Assembly: GCA_963796275.1 (NCBI GenBank) | Contig: CAWCKY010000006.1 | Coordinates: 1,280,001 to 1,344,000, forward strand | Source: an uncultured Acidobacteriota bacterium | Lineage (GTDB): Bacteria > Acidobacteriota > Blastocatellia > RBC074 | Direction of reading: 5' to 3' | Length of the DNA: 64,000 nucleotides | Shown: positions 61,908 to 64,000 of the stretch, in pieces | How the letters are laid out: each line of letters starts with the position of its first letter | Position numbering within the stretch: the first letter of the stretch is position 1 | Position numbers and translations under genes: made by a program | The notes under the pieces: generated by a model | Database searches by the model: none | What the model was told of the DNA's origin: nothing | What the model saw: the letters and a program-made list of their open reading frames with translations, nothing else

Positions 61908-64000
61908 TCAAAAGTAGATCTTCACTGCAAGCTGCACCACACGATTTCCTGAGACAAAACCGGGCTGGCCGTTGAATTCCTGCGTGGCTCTGCCGAGCGG
62001 CCCGGTAATAGGCGAGTTCGCTCCGCCGCGCAGGTTGCGCAGCGACGAACTTGAACCCTGTTGGTTCGCCCTGTAATTCATAAAATCTCCCGCGACATTG
62101 AACGTCAGACCGGCGTTGAAGTTATCGAATTGCGCTTGATTGAAGACGTTGAAGGCCTCCATGCGCAATTGGATGTAACGCGCCGAATCGCCCCCGAGCG
62201 GGATGTTCTTGAAGAGTGATAGATCGGTCAGGTTTAGGCCTGGCCGGCGGATTGTGGAGCGCGGCTGAGGCCCGGGGTTGATGTTCGGCATTGCGATCTT
62301 TGTGTAATCGAAAGCCCTTTCTCGGTTGATCGCCGGTTGCGCGTCACCGGTAATGATCGGACGCGGGCCTTCCGTCCACGAGCCGCTGATGCGCTGCGAT
62401 GTGTTGATATCCGGTATTCCATAGCCGAGTTCCAGCGGCTGTCCCGACATGAATTGCGAAACGCCCGTGATCTGCCAACCGTTGAGAACGCCTTTTATCA
62501 GCCGGTTGTTGATCCGCGACTTGGGAAGGTCGTAAAGATAATTGACCACGAGCGTGTGCTTGCGGTCGAAGCTGAGCAGGCGATAATCGTAGCAGCGCGA
62601 GCAGACGATGTTGATAAAGTTGCCCTCCGCGTCGCTGGCCGTGCCGAGCGCTTTTGACCATGTGTAAGCGAGCCCGAATGTCAGTCCTTGCCGGAAACGA
62701 CGCTGAGCCGTCACTTGCAGCGAATGATAATTTGAAGAACCGCCGAACGTTTTGTACTGAACCGTGTTATAGCCGGGATAGCGGCGCAGTAGATCAGCCG
62801 GGAGCGCGAGCTGCCCTGAAAATTTCAACCCTGCGTCCCGGTAGACTTGCGGCAGTCCATCCTCCATTTCGGGTATTTGGTTCCCCGGGAAGCGCGACGG
62901 GTCCTGCGCTTCTTTGGTGAAGAGCGCTCCGTATGGGATGGCGTTGAGATTGATGTCTTCGGGAAGGTGGCGCGAGAGCGTTCCTACATAACCGACGCTC
63001 AGCACTGTGTCGAAACCTAGATCCTGCTGCACCTGAAAACTGAAGCTCTGCACATTCGGTATATATCCTTTGGGGTCCACGCCGAACACTCCCGACGTTC
63101 CGAATGCTACTTGCCCGGCGCTCGCATTCGCGCCCACCGTGTTCAGGCTGCCGAATTCGAACCGCGGAGTGTATAAGATGGGCGGCCGCGCGGCGGCAGC
63201 CAGGATCACGTTGTTGTTCGAAACACGGTCATACGCTATGCGGTAGCCGCCGCGCACGACGGTCTTCTGATTACCGAAGACGTCGAAGGCGAAACCGAAT
63301 GCCGGGCCGAACTGAACACCGCGATTCTCGAAACCTCCGCGCATAAATCCCTTCGAGTCCTCCAGCATCCCGTTGGCCGGATCGCCCGATCCAGGCACGA
63401 TCAATCCGATATAGTTGGACGGCAGTGTATTGCCACTGGGATCAACGGCCCTCCGCTGTCCATCCACCATGATCGGCGTATAGAGGCTAACTGCCTTCGA
63501 CGGATCGTATCTCTCCGGGACGAAGAAGGCTGATGCCATCCGCTGGTCGTATTGCGGTTGAAACCAGGTGAACCGCATCCCGTAATCGAGCGTCAGCCTG
63601 CGCGTGGCTTTCCAATTATCCTGCAGATACCATTCGACATTGGTGTATCGGAACTGAACCTGATAGATGGGGCGCGTGGGCTCACTGAGAGAATCGAAAT
63701 TACCCAATAGTGCGTTGGCATACGGGTGACCGGCATTATTCGGGTTGTTGATGTTGTTGCTGAAGGCGATGCTCAGCGAGCCGCCGGCCGGCGTATCCTT
63801 GCGGTTGCGCTGAACGTAGATGCCCGCCTTGGCCGTGTGCGTACCCCAGACTTTGCTCACGTTGTCATAAAAATCGAAGAGCGGGTTGGTGTTCTTGTAC
63901 GGGAACTGGGCGTAACCCGCAGATCCGGCGAAATTCTGAGTGGGGGTGCCGCCGAAACTGATGTTGATGAACTGCGTCGCCGGATAGGCGTATGGCAGCC
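61908..64000 (-). CDS. TonB-dependent receptor (Oar-like), C-terminal part; 5' end lies outside the window
   Basis: Frame is open to the window edge; YLQDNWKATRRLTLDYGMR, KTVVRGGY, YTWSKAL, QLRMEAFNVFN and the terminal strand RVVQLAVKIYF. Confidence 0.92.
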   Translation of the reverse strand, partial: LPYAYPATQFINISFGGTPTQNFAGSAGYAQFPYKNTNPLFDFYDNVSKVWGTHTAKAGIYVQRNRKDTPAGGSLSIAFSNNINNPNNAGHPYANALLGNFDSLSEPTRPIYQVQFRYTNVEWYLQDNWKATRRLTLDYGMRFTWFQPQYDQRMASAFFVPERYDPSKAVSLYTPIMVDGQRRAVDPSGNTLPSNYIGLIVPGSGDPANGMLEDSKGFMRGGFENRGVQFGPAFGFAFDVFGNQKTVVRGGYRIAYDRVSNNNVILAAAARPPILYTPRFEFGSLNTVGANASAGQVAFGTSGVFGVDPKGYIPNVQSFSFQVQQDLGFDTVLSVGYVGTLSRHLPEDINLNAIPYGALFTKEAQDPSRFPGNQIPEMEDGLPQVYRDAGLKFSGQLALPADLLRRYPGYNTVQYKTFGGSSNYHSLQVTAQRRFRQGLTFGLAYTWSKALGTASDAEGNFINIVCSRCYDYRLLSFDRKHTLVVNYLYDLPKSRINNRLIKGVLNGWQITGVSQFMSGQPLELGYGIPDINTSQRISGSWTEGPRPIITGDAQPAINRERAFDYTKIAMPNINPGPQPRSTIRRPGLNLTDLSLFKNIPLGGDSARYIQLRMEAFNVFNQAQFDNFNAGLTFNVAGDFMNYRANQQGSSSSLRNLRGGANSPITGPLGRATQEFNGQPGFVSGNRVVQLAVKIYF

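Overview
A 64-kb bacterial chromosomal segment. Gene content (an Oar-like TonB-dependent receptor, a CRTAC1/ASPIC-UnbV protein, a secreted TPR-CHAT protein, DUF4394 paralogs) suggests Acidobacteriota, possibly Blastocatellia; this is inference. The left third is core genome: a thrU-tyrU-glyT-thrT-tuf cluster (tuf truncated by the window edge and frameshifted), nrdR, hrcA-dnaJ, and a complex I operon nuoABCDEFGH-JKLMN that lacks nuoI. The rest is mostly accessory: secreted hydrolases, a long Lhr helicase, a BON protein, two tandem DUF4394 genes, a TPR-CHAT protease, Tat/Sec-exported enzymes, mgtC, a small alarmone hydrolase plus rnhA divergent from a Hen1-Pnkp RNA-repair operon, then pgi, fumC, an orphan sugar-binding lipoprotein and a partial TonB-dependent receptor. 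The best candidate for an undescribed system is a three-gene unit at 41190-46454. It encodes a compact fold-type II PLP enzyme, a soluble 800-aa protein with a degenerate histidine-kinase-like C-terminus, and a 650-aa protein with an atypical receiver domain and a probable winged helix. An AT-rich region with pseudoknot-like interleaved repeats lies upstream. Also notable are heptamer-repeat hairpins that fill intergenic gaps of the nuo and tRNA operons, several REP-like families including a 109-bp x3.8 array, and candidate NrdR, Rex, CIRCE, sigma54 and bidirectional promoter sites. I found no CRISPR array, integrase, transposase or rRNA. All family calls come from motif recognition by eye; no database searches were run.
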